A DNA stretch of 64,000 nucleotides from positions 29 through 64,028 of the forward strand of contig JAFRPY010000005.1 in the NCBI GenBank assembly GCA_017428925.1, in the 5' to 3' direction. A model generated the notes under the pieces. The model made no database searches, was not told the origin of the DNA, and was given only the letters and a program-made list of their open reading frames with translations. Shown piece by piece: positions 18,355 to 28,932 of the stretch; the stretch's first letter is position 1, and each line of letters opens with the position of its first letter. The translations under genes were made by a program, and so were the position numbers. The DNA comes from Prevotella sp. GTDB taxonomy: Bacteria; Bacteroidota; Bacteroidia; Bacteroidales; Bacteroidaceae.

Positions 18355-19145
18355 TCCTTTTGCTCTAACTGTTTAGGGTCTTTTAATAGTTTACGGGCCA
18401 TTTTCTGTTCGCGCTTTGCCCTGAGCTCGTCCATATAGCCTGCCGTGATGATGCCCGACGGCAACGCCACAATGGCCACGCCGACAAAGGCGGAAATCAT
18501 GCTGATGAACCTGCCTATCTGCGAAACGGGATAGATGTCGCCATAACCGACGGTGGTCAGCGTGCAGGCAGCCCAATAGATGGCATCAAAGAACGAGTGG
18601 AACAAATAGTCGCCCGTACCGGGGTTGATTTCTTCCTCGGCATTGAACATGATCAGCGCCGTGATGAAGATATAGAAGGCCGCCAACGAGAACACCGTCC
18701 AGAGGATGCGTCCCTGACGCTTGATGACGGCCATGATAATTTCCAGCGGCTCGTAATAGCGGATGAACTTCACCACACGCAAAATCCTCAGCAGACGGGT
18801 GATACGGGCCGTTTTGAACGTCGGACTCAGCAAATGAATCGTCGGGAGAATACTCAGCAGGTCGATGATGGCCATGAACGTGAAGGGATAGATAACGAAC
18901 GACACCCAGCCCTTTTTCAGTTCATAGTCAGCTGTAATCCACCTTAATATATAATCGGTCACGAAGATGATGGCCGGAATAATGTCAAAATACCAGAAGA
19001 TGGAATAATGCTCACGGAACATCAATGGGAGTATGCTCACACCTATAACCACGGACATACTGACGTGATACAGCTGCGAACAGACACCGTCATCATTGAG
19101 ATATCCAGGGCCAATAATCTCGTATATCTTCTTCCTGATGTTCAT
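18351..19145 (-). CDS. Voltage-gated-type potassium channel (Ion_trans)
   Basis: Selectivity filter TTVGYGD, Arg-rich S4 (ARITRLLRILRVVK), IIDLLSILP. Confidence 0.92.
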   Translation of the reverse strand: MNIRKKIYEIIGPGYLNDDGVCSQLYHVSMSVVIGVSILPLMFREHYSIFWYFDIIPAIIFVTDYILRWITADYELKKGWVSFVIYPFTFMAIIDLLSILPTIHLLSPTFKTARITRLLRILRVVKFIRYYEPLEIIMAVIKRQGRILWTVFSLAAFYIFITALIMFNAEEEINPGTGDYLFHSFFDAIYWAACTLTTVGYGDIYPVSQIGRFISMISAFVGVAIVALPSGIITAGYMDELRAKREQKMARKLLKDPKQLEQKE

Positions 19146-19202
19146 TCTCCGTTTCTACCTACTTTACGCAGAGCGTTTATTCTACTGCAATTATTTCGAC
19201 TG

Positions 19203-19210
19203 CAAATATA
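19203..19210 (-). promoter_or_regulatory. -7 promoter box upstream of the channel-CHASE2-caspase operon
   Basis: TATATTTG on the minus strand ~58 bp before the ATG; no clear -33 TTTG. Confidence 0.5.
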
Positions 19211-19314
19211 ATGAAATAAATGAAGAATGAAGAATTTTCGCATCTTTTTTAACTATTTCACCTGTCTTCTTCGCTCTCCGACCCCTGCCTTTTGCTTTTC
19301 CCTTCGGCCAGCGA

Positions 19315-19493
19315 CCGTTGGTTCCTATCATCCGACTTTTCCATTTCTTATTATCCGGCCTGCCATTTCCTATCATCCGACTTGCCAATGTCCATCATCC
19401 GAATTGTAATTTCAATGAAATTGGTCAGCAATTTCATTGATTTTGCTCGGCAATTTAATTGAAATTGGTTTGCAATTTCATTGAAATTACAAT
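19315..19493. repeat. Two adjacent degenerate 22-bp tandem arrays
   Basis: About 4 x TCCTATCATCCGACT-like units, then 4 x palindromic AATTTCAnTGAAATT units at 22-bp spacing. Confidence 0.75.
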
Positions 19494-19537
19494 CAGAAAC
19501 AAATGGAATGGCAACTCAAACACTGATTTCCGGCAAT

Positions 19538-19569
19538 AAAAAAAGCCGCTCCAGACAATCTGGAGCGGC
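19538..19569 (-). terminator. Intrinsic terminator of asd
   Basis: GCCGCTCCAGA-caa-TCTGGAGCGGC with a T-run on the minus strand. Confidence 0.85.
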
Positions 19570-19628
19570 ATCATTGGAAATGCATTCTCATGCAAAGAGG
19601 CAGTTAAATGCCTCGTTTTTTCACTTCA

Positions 19629-20648
19629 TTATTTCTTCATTTTCGGGTCGTTTGCAATCAGCCATTCGCCAATCTGCACGGCATTCAGCGCAGCACCCTT
19701 GCGGATCTGGTCGCCACTGAGCCAGAAGGTCAGGCCGTTCTCGTCGCTGATGTCCTTGCGCACACGGCCTACGAAGACGTCATCATGACCGGCGGTTTCC
19801 AACGGCATGGGATAAACCAGGTTAGAGGGATCGTCCTTCAGCGTCACGCCGGGAGCGGCAGCCAATGCCTGCTGGGCCTCTTCTACGCTGATGGGCCTTT
19901 CGGTTTCAATCCATACGCTCTCGCTATGGCTGCGCAATGAAGACACACGGACACACATGGCCGAGCACTTGGCGTCGGTATGCATAATCTTCTGTGTCTC
20001 GTTATACATCTTCATCTCCTCCTTGGTGTAGCCGTTGGGCTGGAACACGTCAATCTGGGGAATCACATTATAAGCCAGCTGGTAGGCAAACTTCTTGACG
20101 GTCTTCACCTCGCCTTCGTCAACCATTTCCTTGTACTGCTGCTGTAGCTCGGCCATAGCAGCTGCTCCGGCACCCGAGGCACTCTGGTAGCTGGCCACGT
20201 GGATACGCTTGATGTGGCTGAGCTGCTCCAATGGTTGCAGGCAGACCACCATCATAATCGTCGTACAGTTAGGATTGGCAATGATGCCGCGCGGACGGTT
20301 CAATGCATCGGCGGCATTGCATTCGGGAACGACCAGGGGAACATCGTCGTCCATGCGGAAAGCACTCGAGTTGTCGATCATCACCGCACCATACTTGGTA
20401 ATGTCGGCGGCAAACTCCTTGCTGGTTCCTGCACCGGCAGAAGTAAAGGCAATGTCAACATCCTTGAAGTCATCATTATGCTGAAGCAGCTTCACTTCAA
20501 TCTCCTTTCCCTTGAATGTGTACTTTCGGCCGGCAGAACGCTCACTGCCAAACAACACCAACTCGTCCATCGGGAAATTTCTCTCGTCAAGGATGCGCAG
20601 GAACTCCTGTCCCACAGCGCCACTTACACCTACAATTGCAACTTTCAT
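19629..20648 (-). CDS. asd: Aspartate-semialdehyde dehydrogenase
   Basis: [44 protein letters not shown]; start trimmed to 20648. Confidence 0.97.
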   Translation of the reverse strand: MKVAIVGVSGAVGQEFLRILDERNFPMDELVLFGSERSAGRKYTFKGKEIEVKLLQHNDDFKDVDIAFTSAGAGTSKEFAADITKYGAVMIDNSSAFRMDDDVPLVVPECNAADALNRPRGIIANPNCTTIMMVVCLQPLEQLSHIKRIHVASYQSASGAGAAAMAELQQQYKEMVDEGEVKTVKKFAYQLAYNVIPQIDVFQPNGYTKEEMKMYNETQKIMHTDAKCSAMCVRVSSLRSHSESVWIETERPISVEEAQQALAAAPGVTLKDDPSNLVYPMPLETAGHDDVFVGRVRKDISDENGLTFWLSGDQIRKGAALNAVQIGEWLIANDPKMKK

Positions 20649-20684
20649 CTTACTTTTTAATTTGAGTTCCATTAAATTTGGGTG

Positions 20685-20743
20685 CAAAATTACACAAAAT
20701 ACAAATAAAAGCAAAACAAATATAGAAAAAATAACTACCTTTG
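20685..20743. promoter_or_regulatory. Divergent promoters for asd and the antiporter
   Basis: Minus strand: TTTG (20712-20715), 19 bp, TAATTTTG (20685-20692). Plus strand: TACCTTTG (20736-20743). Confidence 0.65.
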
Positions 20744-20773
20744 CAGTCGAATAGCGAAAACAAGCCATTGCTC

Positions 20774-22921
20774 ATGTTCGACCTCGGCGCATATTTCCCC
20801 ATAACCGATCCTACGTGGATTTTCTTCATCGTGCTCAGCATTATCCTGTTTGCACCGATGATTATGGCAAAATTGCGCATCCCCCACATCATCGGAATGG
20901 TGCTGGCGGGCGTTTTGGTGGGAGAATACGGGCTGAACATCCTGCAACGCGATGCATCGTTTGAGATTTTCGGACAGGTGGGACTATATTTCATCATGTT
21001 CCTCGCCGGGCTTGAGATGGACATGGAGGGCACCAAGAAACATCTCGGGAAGATGACCATCTTCGGGCTGCTCACCTTTTTTGTACCCTTCATCATGGTC
21101 TATTATGCGGGCATCAACCTGCTCCACTATTCCCGGCAGACCACTTTGCTGCTCTGCTGTATCATGTCGTCGAACACGCTGATAGCCTATCCCATCGTAA
21201 CAAAATACGGCCTGCAGCGCCATCGTGCGGTAACACTTTCGGTAGGCGCATCGATGATTGCCCTGACCATGGCACTTATTTCCCTGGCGTTCATCGTCAG
21301 TGCCGTACATGCAGGTTCTAATGGTTCTTCTCCATCTCCGTTCTCTTCATTCATCCTGCCGCTGCTGAAACTGAGTCTTTACATTGCGGGCACGGTTTAC
21401 TTCCTGCCTCGGGTGACCAGATGGTTCCTGCAGCGAAACAGCGATGCCGTCACACAGTTTGCCTTCGTGATGGCCGTCATGTTTCTCAGCGCGGCCATTA
21501 CATCGTTCATCGGACTGGAAGGCGTATTGGGAGCATTTTTTTCCGGACTGACGCTGAACCGTTATATTCCTCGTGTTTCCCCGCTGATGAACCGCCTGGA
21601 ATTCATCGGAAACGCGCTGTTCATCCCCTATTTCCTGATTGGTGTGGGAATGCTGATCAATATTGGCGCGCTGTTCGAAAGTTGGCACACGGCCTATGTG
21701 ATGGCCATCATTGTCATTATCGGAACCGTGGGCAAGATGGTTGCTGGATACTTAGGCAGCTTTGGCCTTCGACTTCCGATTACTCACGGACACATGATGT
21801 TCGGTCTTACCTCTGCCCACGCGGCCGGTTCTATTGCTATCGTCATGGTGGGCATCAAACTGTCTATTGGCGACGGCAAGTATCTGGTGGATGAAGACAT
21901 GCTCAACGGTGTGGTGATGATGATTCTTTTCACGTGCATCATCTCGTCGCTCGTCACCGAATACGCCTCGCAGCGCATCGTACTGCAAGACAATCTCATC
22001 AGCGATGACGACAAACAGGGCGACGACGAGAAGATTCTGCTGCCATTGAAATATCATGGCAACAGCGACAAGCTGGTGAACCTGGCCATATTTATGCGCA
22101 ACGTCAGTCTCAATCGCGGCATTATCGGACTAAATGTGGTACTCGACGACGATAATGTGCAAAAGAACCAGGCTTTAGGCCGACAACTCCTTGAACAGGC
22201 TGCGAAGACGGCTTCGGCTGCCGATGTGAGGATGCAGACGCAAAGCCGAATCGCCACAAATATTGCCAACGGCATCATGCACGCCTTCAAGGAGTATAAT
22301 GCCAGCGAAATCATCATCGGACTTCATGAACCGAAAAACGAGAAAGACTCTTTCTGGGGAATTTTCACCGAAAGTCTGTTCACCCAGCTGAACCGACAGA
22401 TTATCATTGCACGCTTCGGACAACCGCTCAACACCATACGCCGCATTCAGGTGGCTGTCCCCAGCAGGGCAGAATATGAGCCGGGATTCCACCGCTGGAT
22501 TGACCGACTGGCACGCATGGCCACCAATCTGGAATGCCGAATACAGTTCCATGGACGGCAAGACACGCTCTCGCTGATCAATCAGTATATCCAGAACATT
22601 CACCCCAACACCAGGGCTGACTATCATCAGATGCCGCACTGGAACGAACTGCCCAGACTGGCACAGCAGATTAATGAAGACCATCTCTTTGTGGTCATCA
22701 CAGCCCGTAAAGGAACAGTCAGCTACAAGTCGGCTTTCGAGAAACTTCCTGCTGAACTTCAGAATTTCTATCATCAGCAGAACCTTATCATCATCTTCCC
22801 CGACCAGTACGGTGAAGCAATGAACGTGATGAGTTTCACGGCTCCGCAGAAACGTGAAGAGACAAGTGCATACGCCCTGCTTCGCAACTGGATTGCTAAA
22901 AGGAGAGAAGAAACAAAGTAA
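20774..22921 (+). CDS. Cation:proton antiporter (CPA2) with USP-like C-terminal domains
   Basis: About 12 TMs, [44 protein letters not shown]; soluble C-terminal half. Confidence 0.88.
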   Translation: MFDLGAYFPITDPTWIFFIVLSIILFAPMIMAKLRIPHIIGMVLAGVLVGEYGLNILQRDASFEIFGQVGLYFIMFLAGLEMDMEGTKKHLGKMTIFGLLTFFVPFIMVYYAGINLLHYSRQTTLLLCCIMSSNTLIAYPIVTKYGLQRHRAVTLSVGASMIALTMALISLAFIVSAVHAGSNGSSPSPFSSFILPLLKLSLYIAGTVYFLPRVTRWFLQRNSDAVTQFAFVMAVMFLSAAITSFIGLEGVLGAFFSGLTLNRYIPRVSPLMNRLEFIGNALFIPYFLIGVGMLINIGALFESWHTAYVMAIIVIIGTVGKMVAGYLGSFGLRLPITHGHMMFGLTSAHAAGSIAIVMVGIKLSIGDGKYLVDEDMLNGVVMMILFTCIISSLVTEYASQRIVLQDNLISDDDKQGDDEKILLPLKYHGNSDKLVNLAIFMRNVSLNRGIIGLNVVLDDDNVQKNQALGRQLLEQAAKTASAADVRMQTQSRIATNIANGIMHAFKEYNASEIIIGLHEPKNEKDSFWGIFTESLFTQLNRQIIIARFGQPLNTIRRIQVAVPSRAEYEPGFHRWIDRLARMATNLECRIQFHGRQDTLSLINQYIQNIHPNTRADYHQMPHWNELPRLAQQINEDHLFVVITARKGTVSYKSAFEKLPAELQNFYHQQNLIIIFPDQYGEAMNVMSFTAPQKREETSAYALLRNWIAKRREETK

Positions 22922-22926
22922 TAAAT

Positions 22927-23646
22927 ATGATACACATAAAAAATATTACCAAGAGCTTTGGCTCACTACAGGTGCTTAAAGGTATCACCCTCGACATCAA
23001 CAAGGGTGAAATCGTCAGCATCGTCGGACCGTCAGGAGCAGGAAAAACCACCCTGCTGCAAATCATCGGAACGCTCGACAAACCCGATAGCGGTTCTGTA
23101 TGTGTCGATGCCATCGACACCACCACCCTGTCTCAGAAAGCCCTCTCCGACTTCCGCAACAAGCACATCGGATTTGTTTTCCAGTTCCACCAGCTATTAC
23201 CCGAGTTCACAGCCCTGGAAAACATCATGATTCCCGCTTATATTGCAGGAAGAAGCAATCGTGAAGCCAAGAAACGAGCAAAGGAACTGCTGGAATTCAT
23301 GGGGCTTATCGACCGTGCCAATCATAAACCCGCAGAACTCTCCGGCGGTGAGAAACAGCGCGTTGCCGTGGCACGTGCGCTTATCAACAACCCTGCCGTC
23401 ATTCTGGCCGATGAACCTTCTGGCAGTCTCGATTCAAAGAATAAAGCGGAACTTCACCAGCTTTTCTTCGATCTCCGCGATAAATTCGGACAAACCTTCG
23501 TCATCGTCACACACGACGAAGGGCTTGCAGCCATCACCGACCGCACCATCCATCTGAAAGACGGTGCCGTCATTGAACCTGAGATAACGGAACAGCCCAC
23601 ACAGGAGGCTATTCCTGAAGAAACAGAAAATCTATCAGAACAATAA
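22927..23646 (+). CDS. ABC ATP-binding protein, LolD-like
   Basis: [47 protein letters not shown]. Confidence 0.88.
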   Translation: MIHIKNITKSFGSLQVLKGITLDINKGEIVSIVGPSGAGKTTLLQIIGTLDKPDSGSVCVDAIDTTTLSQKALSDFRNKHIGFVFQFHQLLPEFTALENIMIPAYIAGRSNREAKKRAKELLEFMGLIDRANHKPAELSGGEKQRVAVARALINNPAVILADEPSGSLDSKNKAELHQLFFDLRDKFGQTFVIVTHDEGLAAITDRTIHLKDGAVIEPEITEQPTQEAIPEETENLSEQ

Positions 23647-23659
23647 CAACCTAAATTAT

Positions 23660-24070
23660 ATGAAAAAGTATCTAGCTTATCTTTTTGCCGCTTCCATGTT
23701 GACGGCATGTAGCTGCAAAGGCGGTAACCCAAATGAACCTAATGAATCCCATTTGCAGCCATTCGCAACAGAATTCAACTTCGGCACGCTCGAAGACGGT
23801 GCACCCATGCAGTATCACGACTTTCAATTCCGCAACGACGGCAAGGATCCATTGGTGATTTCAAAAATTGAGACATATTGCCATTGCACCGCGGTAAAAT
23901 ATCCGCAAGAGCCAATAAAACCCGGTGAAGAGGGAGTTATCAACCTGAGACTTGACGCTGGCGATGTCTCTCCCGGTTTCTTCTCTCGCGACATCGATGT
24001 CTACTATAATGGCACTGGAAGCCCCGTCCGCCTAACCGTAAGCGGCACAAAAGAAGCCATGAAAGAATAA
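23660..24070 (+). CDS. DUF1573-like Ig-fold lipoprotein
   Basis: Lipobox LTAC; FNFG...F.NDGKDPLVI...CHCT...PIKPGEEG. Confidence 0.8.
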   Translation: MKKYLAYLFAASMLTACSCKGGNPNEPNESHLQPFATEFNFGTLEDGAPMQYHDFQFRNDGKDPLVISKIETYCHCTAVKYPQEPIKPGEEGVINLRLDAGDVSPGFFSRDIDVYYNGTGSPVRLTVSGTKEAMKE

Positions 24071-24144
24071 AACCGAAAAACCGTCTGGTGTTGAAAAAAA
24101 TACGTCTGGTGTTGAACGGTCGCACCGTTCAATAAAAACAAAAT

Positions 24145-24177
24145 AAAACTCGCGCCCCACAAGAGGCGCGAGCTTTT
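24145..24177. terminator. Bidirectional terminator
   Basis: AAAA-CTCGCGCC ... GGCGCGAG-cTTTT between convergent genes. Confidence 0.8.
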
Positions 24178-24195
24178 ATTTTGTCAAATCTGTTC

Positions 24196-25335
24196 TTACT
24201 CAGCAATACAGATAGAAACACGGTTCAGATCGTTCTCCTCGAACGGCTGTACAGTGTCGCCATAGCTGTCCCAAGTGATGCGACTCTCATCGATGCCGAA
24301 GTCGTTCTTCAGGGTGTTCACAACAACGTCTGCACGGCCAGCGGCCAGACGGGCGTTGATGCGCTCGTTACCAGTGCCCTTGTCAGCATAACCAGAAACG
24401 ATAACCTTTGCATTGGGATACTTCTTCAGGTACTCGGCGATGTCAGCCACCTTCTGCATCTCGCGGTCAACAATAACAGTGCTGTTGATGGTGAAGAATA
24501 CATCGCGGCGAATCTTCTCAACCTTAACGGGAGTAACGTCGATGTACTTGTAGATGGTGTCATACTTCACCACGTCGCGATAAACGTCGTGGGTCTCGGT
24601 CAGACGAGTCTTACCCAGGTTGATGCGCAGACCGGCCAGTGCGTTGAAGTACCAGTCGGGGTTGTCGGCCTTCTTCGAGTTGTACTTATCGGTCAGGATG
24701 TTGGCATTACCCTCGAGGATCAGAGAAACAGCGTCGCTCAGACGGAAGCCCAACTGCAGACCACCGCGTCCGAACACGTTAACCTTGGTACCGCTCCAGA
24801 GATACTCCAGCTCATAGCCATCGAGCGTCTTCACCTGCTGTGCAATGTCAGAAGCCTCGTCGTTCTTCCAGGCGATGTTAGCGCCGCCACCCACAAATGC
24901 GGTCAGAGTGAAGAAACGATCAGGATTCCATCCACCAATAAGGCTTGTGATGTCGAACATCAGGTCGATGCCGGGAGCCACATAGTTCCACTTATAGTCG
25001 AAGGTGTAGGGATGGTTGGCATAGCTGTTCCAACCGCCCTTGCTCTGCCAGCCGTTAGCCTGGATGCGGGCAGCAAACCAAGGATTGAACTGATAACCGA
25101 TGCCGAGTTGTACGTTCGGAGAAATCAAGTCCTTGAACTTGGCCTCACCAAGCGTGTACTGAGCACCGCCCTGCAGCGTAATGAAGGCATGCTTGTTGAA
25201 CTTCGTCGTCACGTCCTGGTGATCGAACTCCTGCACAGTGCGCTGGTCGACGCGGTCAACCACCTTCTTCTGCTGTGCTGTGGCAGTGAGGCTGACGAGA
25301 GCCAATGCAGCCACGATAAAAGATTTCATTTTCAT
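24196..25335 (-). CDS. OmpA family protein
   Basis: Signal peptide, beta-barrel N-terminus, C-terminal SGYADKGTG..IN..LA..RA and NRV motifs. Confidence 0.92.
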   Translation of the reverse strand: MKMKSFIVAALALVSLTATAQQKKVVDRVDQRTVQEFDHQDVTTKFNKHAFITLQGGAQYTLGEAKFKDLISPNVQLGIGYQFNPWFAARIQANGWQSKGGWNSYANHPYTFDYKWNYVAPGIDLMFDITSLIGGWNPDRFFTLTAFVGGGANIAWKNDEASDIAQQVKTLDGYELEYLWSGTKVNVFGRGGLQLGFRLSDAVSLILEGNANILTDKYNSKKADNPDWYFNALAGLRINLGKTRLTETHDVYRDVVKYDTIYKYIDVTPVKVEKIRRDVFFTINSTVIVDREMQKVADIAEYLKKYPNAKVIVSGYADKGTGNERINARLAAGRADVVVNTLKNDFGIDESRITWDSYGDTVQPFEENDLNRVSICIAE

Positions 25336-25366
25336 AACGTTATAAATTAAATTAATATATTGATAT

Positions 25367-28297
25367 TTACTTTACCATGATTTTCTTGCCGTTGACGATA
25401 TAGACGCCCGGTTTCTTGGCATTGTTCACGCGGCGACCTGCCAGGTCGTAGACTTTCTGCTCCATGCCGTCCGTGGCACTGATTTCGTCGATGCCCAATA
25501 CATCGATAATCTTGTTATTCACCTGGAACCGGAAGATGGCAGTGTCGTTGGTCACGCATGCGCCAGTGAAACTGTTGTTGTTCAGCCATTTGCCGAAATT
25601 GGTATCGCCAAGAGCCTCGCGCGGAACATTCAAGTAATAGGCTCCGCTGAGGTACTTCAGTTCGTCCTCCCTAAACGGATTGTCGAGCACAAGTCGTACG
25701 GCGACGGTCCCTTGCAGCCAAGCGTAATTCACTTCTTTCTTATAGTTGGCGTATGCCTGCAGATGACCAGTCTTCACCAATGCGCCGTTGATATTTGTAA
25801 GCGTGATTTCCTTTTCGGGATTAGGCACGATGGAAGAGGATGATGAGTAGAAAATCACATCATTAAGCCATACGTCTGCAACGACGTCAGCATGAATATC
25901 CGGATTCAACTTCATCTTCACCTCAGCGGCAAATGGATAGGTATAGCTGAAGTTCGGTCGGTCGGTTTCGTCGCTGGTCTGACCAGAATTGCCACCGCCA
26001 CCAGTGTTGTCGCCACCGCCGCCAGTATTGTCACCGCCACCGCCAGTGTTGGGATCATCGTCGCCACCGGGATTTGGATTGTCCGAACCAGAGGAACTTT
26101 CCTTAATCGTGATGCTCAGCATAGCTGGTGTTCCAACAACAGAAGCGTATTCCGTCGTCGGTGTATAGCTGAAGGTCTCTGCAGGAACATAGAGCAGATA
26201 ATTTCCAGCCTCAAGACCTGTGGTATTCACATTGAAACTATACAAATTGTTTTCAACCGCAGTCAGTATAGTACCCGTAAAATCAACTTTCACAGGACTG
26301 TCAATCTGGCTCTGCTTCTCAAAATAAGGCAGCGAACCATTGGCTATGCTTGCGCTTGCCACATTATGAACCACCAGCATGATTTCGTCACCGGCATTGT
26401 CAATCTCAACACCGTTCAGGCTGTTGTCGAACGTCATGTATGCTGTGGCTGAGGTCGCGGGATCTGCAGGCTCATTGGTTTCCTGGAAAATGAAACCACT
26501 TGAAGTGGCGGCACTGAAATATGTCACGTCCGTGGGCGACTGCACGATGGCTAATGAGGGATAGCTGACAGCGGCAGTAGAGTTACCAAGGTCCACATCG
26601 TTACCGTCGCGCCCTAACCAGCCCGAAATAGAGAACTTGCCGGCGGTCAGCGAGGGATCGACGCCGTCGACTGCCAACTTCGCAATGGAAAGCTGTGAAG
26701 CCTTTCCAGACTGTGGAATTGTAAATCCTTCAATGCCAGACGGATTGCCCAATACAGTAAGGTATCGTTCATCCTTGGTCTTGAACTCAATATATCCATT
26801 GCCCATTACGGCCTGGAAGGCATCTGCCTGAGTGCAAGAGGACTTCAGCGTAACCTTCTGGTTGGCGTAGGTCAGATAGCCCATGCTGCCGCCGGCGCTG
26901 ATGCCGGCAATGCTGTACCACTTGCCGTCGGCGGGCATCGTCACATTGGTTTCATTGTAATATGCAGCTACGGCCTCCTTGATTTCATCGACGGTGGCCT
27001 CACTGCCCTTGCTAATGACGGCGACAAGGGCAGCATAGCCGTCGCTTGACGTCGTGGGATAGCCCAGCAGTCCGTTGTCAGACTGTTGCTTCAGCTGCTT
27101 GGCCACAGAAAGTTCCTGGGCCTCGGCAGACTCCACGGTATAGGTCAGCGTGAACGACGGGTTCCAGCGCTCGTCGGCCTCGTCGCCCATCATGCCGTTG
27201 TAGACGGTCTGGGCAGGGAACTCGAACGTCCAGACGCCCTCGTCGGTAATCACGCCGCGAGAATGGGCGACCGTCACGCTCTTGGTGTTGCCTTCGGTAA
27301 GCGTAACGGGAGCGGTAAACTGCTTCACGCCGTCCTTGTAGACATTGACAGAAGCATTTTCCGGAACACTGACATATTCATCAAAAGCAACCTCGATGGA
27401 TTCGGGCAGCTGGTTGACGGTGCCCTGTTCAGGGCTTACCGACTGCCACGCCAGGATGTCGCGCTTGGGATTCACCTTGAAGGGAATGGTAATGGCATCG
27501 TGTGTGCCGCCCTCGGAATTCTTGAAGGCACCAGCGGGAACGTTGACCGTATAGTCACCGTATGCCGTATAGGTCTGGCCCGTAGAAAGTCTTACCGACG
27601 TGCCGCTTACGGAGGGTGTCATAGCCACCGGCGTGGAAATGCCAGGGCCGGAAAGCGTGATGCCGTCGGCATTGTAGTTGGAAGAGTTGACGGCCAGGTT
27701 GAAGTTCAGCGTCATGGCATTGAATGAAGTCACTTCGCTTCCAGAAGATGGCGTTGAAGACAAAAAGTTCAGCGCCTGAGAGGGCTTCTTATAGGAGACT
27801 TCAATTTTCGTGATGCCTGTCTTTTGCACACCATTTGCAATCTCAACATTATCTGTACTTTCAGTGGCAGTCCATAAACCCGTCTTACCATCAAAAACGC
27901 CGGTAGACGAATTTGTCAGCGAACCGAGAGAACCAGACATTTGTACCGATACAAGGTCGCAACCATTGGTGGTACGTATGACTATAGTTGAACCGGAACG
28001 CATTTCCAGGTTGTAATAGTAGTATGTCGAATTGTCATAATCTAAAGAATTACGCGGAATTATCACACCACCAACACCTGTTCCTAAAGTGAAACGTATC
28101 TGAATGTCTTTGCATGTGATTACTTTCGACGTTACGACAACACCCGTTCCGTCAAAGCTGCCATCATACGCTTCGATGGCTGGAGTAATCGTTAACCCCT
28201 TAGGATTAGCGAAGTCGAACACAGCTGTGTCGTCAACCTCGGCAAAGGCAGGTACAGAAAGAAAAGCCAATAGGATGTATAATAGAAACTTTTTCAT
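25367..28297 (-). CDS. Large exported Ig-like repeat protein with T9SS-type C-terminal domain
   Basis: Signal peptide; repeated beta-sandwich units; GGGDNT linker; C-terminal GIDEI...VYDLAGRRV..KPGVYIVNGKKIMVK. Confidence 0.75.
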   Translation of the reverse strand: MKKFLLYILLAFLSVPAFAEVDDTAVFDFANPKGLTITPAIEAYDGSFDGTGVVVTSKVITCKDIQIRFTLGTGVGGVIIPRNSLDYDNSTYYYYNLEMRSGSTIVIRTTNGCDLVSVQMSGSLGSLTNSSTGVFDGKTGLWTATESTDNVEIANGVQKTGITKIEVSYKKPSQALNFLSSTPSSGSEVTSFNAMTLNFNLAVNSSNYNADGITLSGPGISTPVAMTPSVSGTSVRLSTGQTYTAYGDYTVNVPAGAFKNSEGGTHDAITIPFKVNPKRDILAWQSVSPEQGTVNQLPESIEVAFDEYVSVPENASVNVYKDGVKQFTAPVTLTEGNTKSVTVAHSRGVITDEGVWTFEFPAQTVYNGMMGDEADERWNPSFTLTYTVESAEAQELSVAKQLKQQSDNGLLGYPTTSSDGYAALVAVISKGSEATVDEIKEAVAAYYNETNVTMPADGKWYSIAGISAGGSMGYLTYANQKVTLKSSCTQADAFQAVMGNGYIEFKTKDERYLTVLGNPSGIEGFTIPQSGKASQLSIAKLAVDGVDPSLTAGKFSISGWLGRDGNDVDLGNSTAAVSYPSLAIVQSPTDVTYFSAATSSGFIFQETNEPADPATSATAYMTFDNSLNGVEIDNAGDEIMLVVHNVASASIANGSLPYFEKQSQIDSPVKVDFTGTILTAVENNLYSFNVNTTGLEAGNYLLYVPAETFSYTPTTEYASVVGTPAMLSITIKESSSGSDNPNPGGDDDPNTGGGGDNTGGGGDNTGGGGNSGQTSDETDRPNFSYTYPFAAEVKMKLNPDIHADVVADVWLNDVIFYSSSSSIVPNPEKEITLTNINGALVKTGHLQAYANYKKEVNYAWLQGTVAVRLVLDNPFREDELKYLSGAYYLNVPREALGDTNFGKWLNNNSFTGACVTNDTAIFRFQVNNKIIDVLGIDEISATDGMEQKVYDLAGRRVNNAKKPGVYIVNGKKIMVK

Positions 28298-28324
28298 ATA
28301 TTTGTTCAATATGGATTGTCAAAC

Positions 28325-28828
28325 TTAAAGATGCTCCTCGTCAATCTCGTCCTTGGTGGTCTTCACGCAGAGCTTCCACTCGCCGTCCACGCGGATGGGG
28401 TTGAACATAAACATCGTCTGGGGTGCCTCCTTGGTGCCGGCCTGCTCAGCGGTGGCAAAGGTAATGGCATACTTCACGTCGTTGCATCCCTCAAGCATAA
28501 AGGAGAAATACTGACGCTTATAGTCCAGTACAGGAAACAGTTTGAACTGGCGGCGCAGACGCTTGTTCATCCGCTCGCTCAGCTTTGTCATCTCCTTCGT
28601 GGAATCATCATATTCATAAAGGCTTGCTAATACCTGATCAATCTTTTTGGCCTTCAGCTGTTCCATGGCATCGTCGCAGATGCGCAGCATGGCAGCCGTA
28701 TCCTGTGCCGTAAGCTCGCTGCGGAACTCCTTTACCTGTTCCTCACGCGTCTTGGGCTTGCTTTTGCATGCAGCAACCAGTACGAGAAGTGCTGCTGCAA
28801 TGATGATATAACTGTTGTACTTTTTCAT
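28325..28828 (-). CDS. Hypothetical lipoprotein
   Basis: Lipobox VAAC-KSK; 167 aa. Confidence 0.75.
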   Translation of the reverse strand: MKKYNSYIIIAAALLVLVAACKSKPKTREEQVKEFRSELTAQDTAAMLRICDDAMEQLKAKKIDQVLASLYEYDDSTKEMTKLSERMNKRLRRQFKLFPVLDYKRQYFSFMLEGCNDVKYAITFATAEQAGTKEAPQTMFMFNPIRVDGEWKLCVKTTKDEIDEEHL

Positions 28829-28847
28829 TTTTATTGTAGTTAGAAGG

Positions 28848-28886
28848 AAAAGAGAGTGCGCCTGCTCTTACGAGACGCACTCTCTT
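28848..28886 (-). terminator. Terminator or attenuator after the giant lipoprotein gene
   Basis: AGAGAGTGCG ... CGCACTCTCT 10-bp stem with a T-run on the minus strand. Confidence 0.75.
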
Positions 28887-28932
28887 ATCAGAGCTTTAGA
28901 TTATTGATATTGTATCAAAATCAGTGTTCATT

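Noticed and set aside
19191-19409. Short ORFs (65 and 60 aa) upstream of the K+ channel
   Set aside because: They are translations of the promoter and 22-bp repeat region, with no coding signal.
19315-19493. CRISPR array
   Set aside because: Units are contiguous and degenerate with no unique spacers, and no cas genes are present.
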